A stretch of DNA of 64,000 nt from Convolutriloba macropyga (lineage: Eukaryota). Under the pieces are notes generated by a model. That model did not search any database and was not told where the DNA came from. It saw only the letters and a program-made list of their open reading frames with translations. Location of the stretch: the NCBI RefSeq assembly GCF_964194025.1, contig NC_134479.1:15624001-15688000 (forward strand), in the 5' to 3' direction. The position numbers and the translations under genes were made by a program. Below, piece by piece: positions 63,494-64,000 of this stretch. How positions within the stretch are numbered: position 1 is the first letter of the stretch; every line of letters begins with the position of its first letter.

Positions 63494-64000
63494 ACTCCTT
63501 GTTTTTAATCCAAAAGCTCGGTACTGTGCTTTTGGGGCTTGGTACTGTGCGCTTGTTACTGTGTGCTTGCGCATAATGTTTTGAACCAGCTCAACAAGTT
63601 TTCGACTTAAATGTCTACAAAATGAGAAAGAGATAGAAAACTTTCGAAGTTTAAAATAGTGTTCAAAGTTGTGTACATTCGAAAAACCGCTTTAAGATCA
63701 AACCACTATGTAAATTAATTAGTTAGAGGGCCAGTGATTTGCCTGGAAGGAAAAGACAAAGAACAGAATAACAAAAAAAAACGCATTAGTTACAACCAAA
63801 ACGCAATGTCTATCTAATTAAAAAACAATGAAAAAATTAAAATAGCATCAGCTAAAATCTAAAATAAACCAATTGACTTGCTATTGTCATTTGTTGAAAA
63901 TAAATAACAATAGGCAAACAAACAACGTTCTGAACAACAATTGCATTCAAAGCAATGAAAGCAATCAGCTATGAACTGAAATTGAATGGCTTCTTGTTTA

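Overview
AT-rich eukaryotic (metazoan-like, intron-containing) genomic DNA with a 200-N gap at 6602-6801. The main feature is a complete but pseudogenised Polinton/Maverick (adintovirus-type) endogenous DNA virus at 9702-35818 (about 26.1 kb). It has AGTAGT...ACTACT termini, about 85-bp TIRs and a 6-bp TSD (CATGTG/CCTGTG). It carries a small membrane protein, packaging ATPase, rve integrase, minor and major capsid, a basic core-like protein, an adenain-like protease and a zinc-finger/endonuclease-VII-containing protein-primed PolB. Unusual properties: (i) an outward-facing tRNA-like Pol III-type unit at each end, sharing a B-box inside the TIR but with different 5' halves; (ii) three frame-restoring GT-AG introns (two in pPolB, one in an orphan gene); (iii) two unrelated internal tandem arrays with nearly the same period (84 bp x ~140, 83 bp x ~12.5). 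Left of the gap lie further tandem arrays, an orphan ORF and a pPolB fragment of a different Polinton family; a copia 3' fragment follows the gap. The right half holds a 1.1-kb tandem repeat, a 5-exon host gene rich in SxIP motifs, a Tc1 remnant, a SAM methyltransferase gene, two HINE/DINE-like elements, nested MITEs, and a dense cluster of ~30-nt (A)TG-start units each ending at a splice donor, often followed by poly-C. All calls come from reading the sequence by eye; no searches were run.
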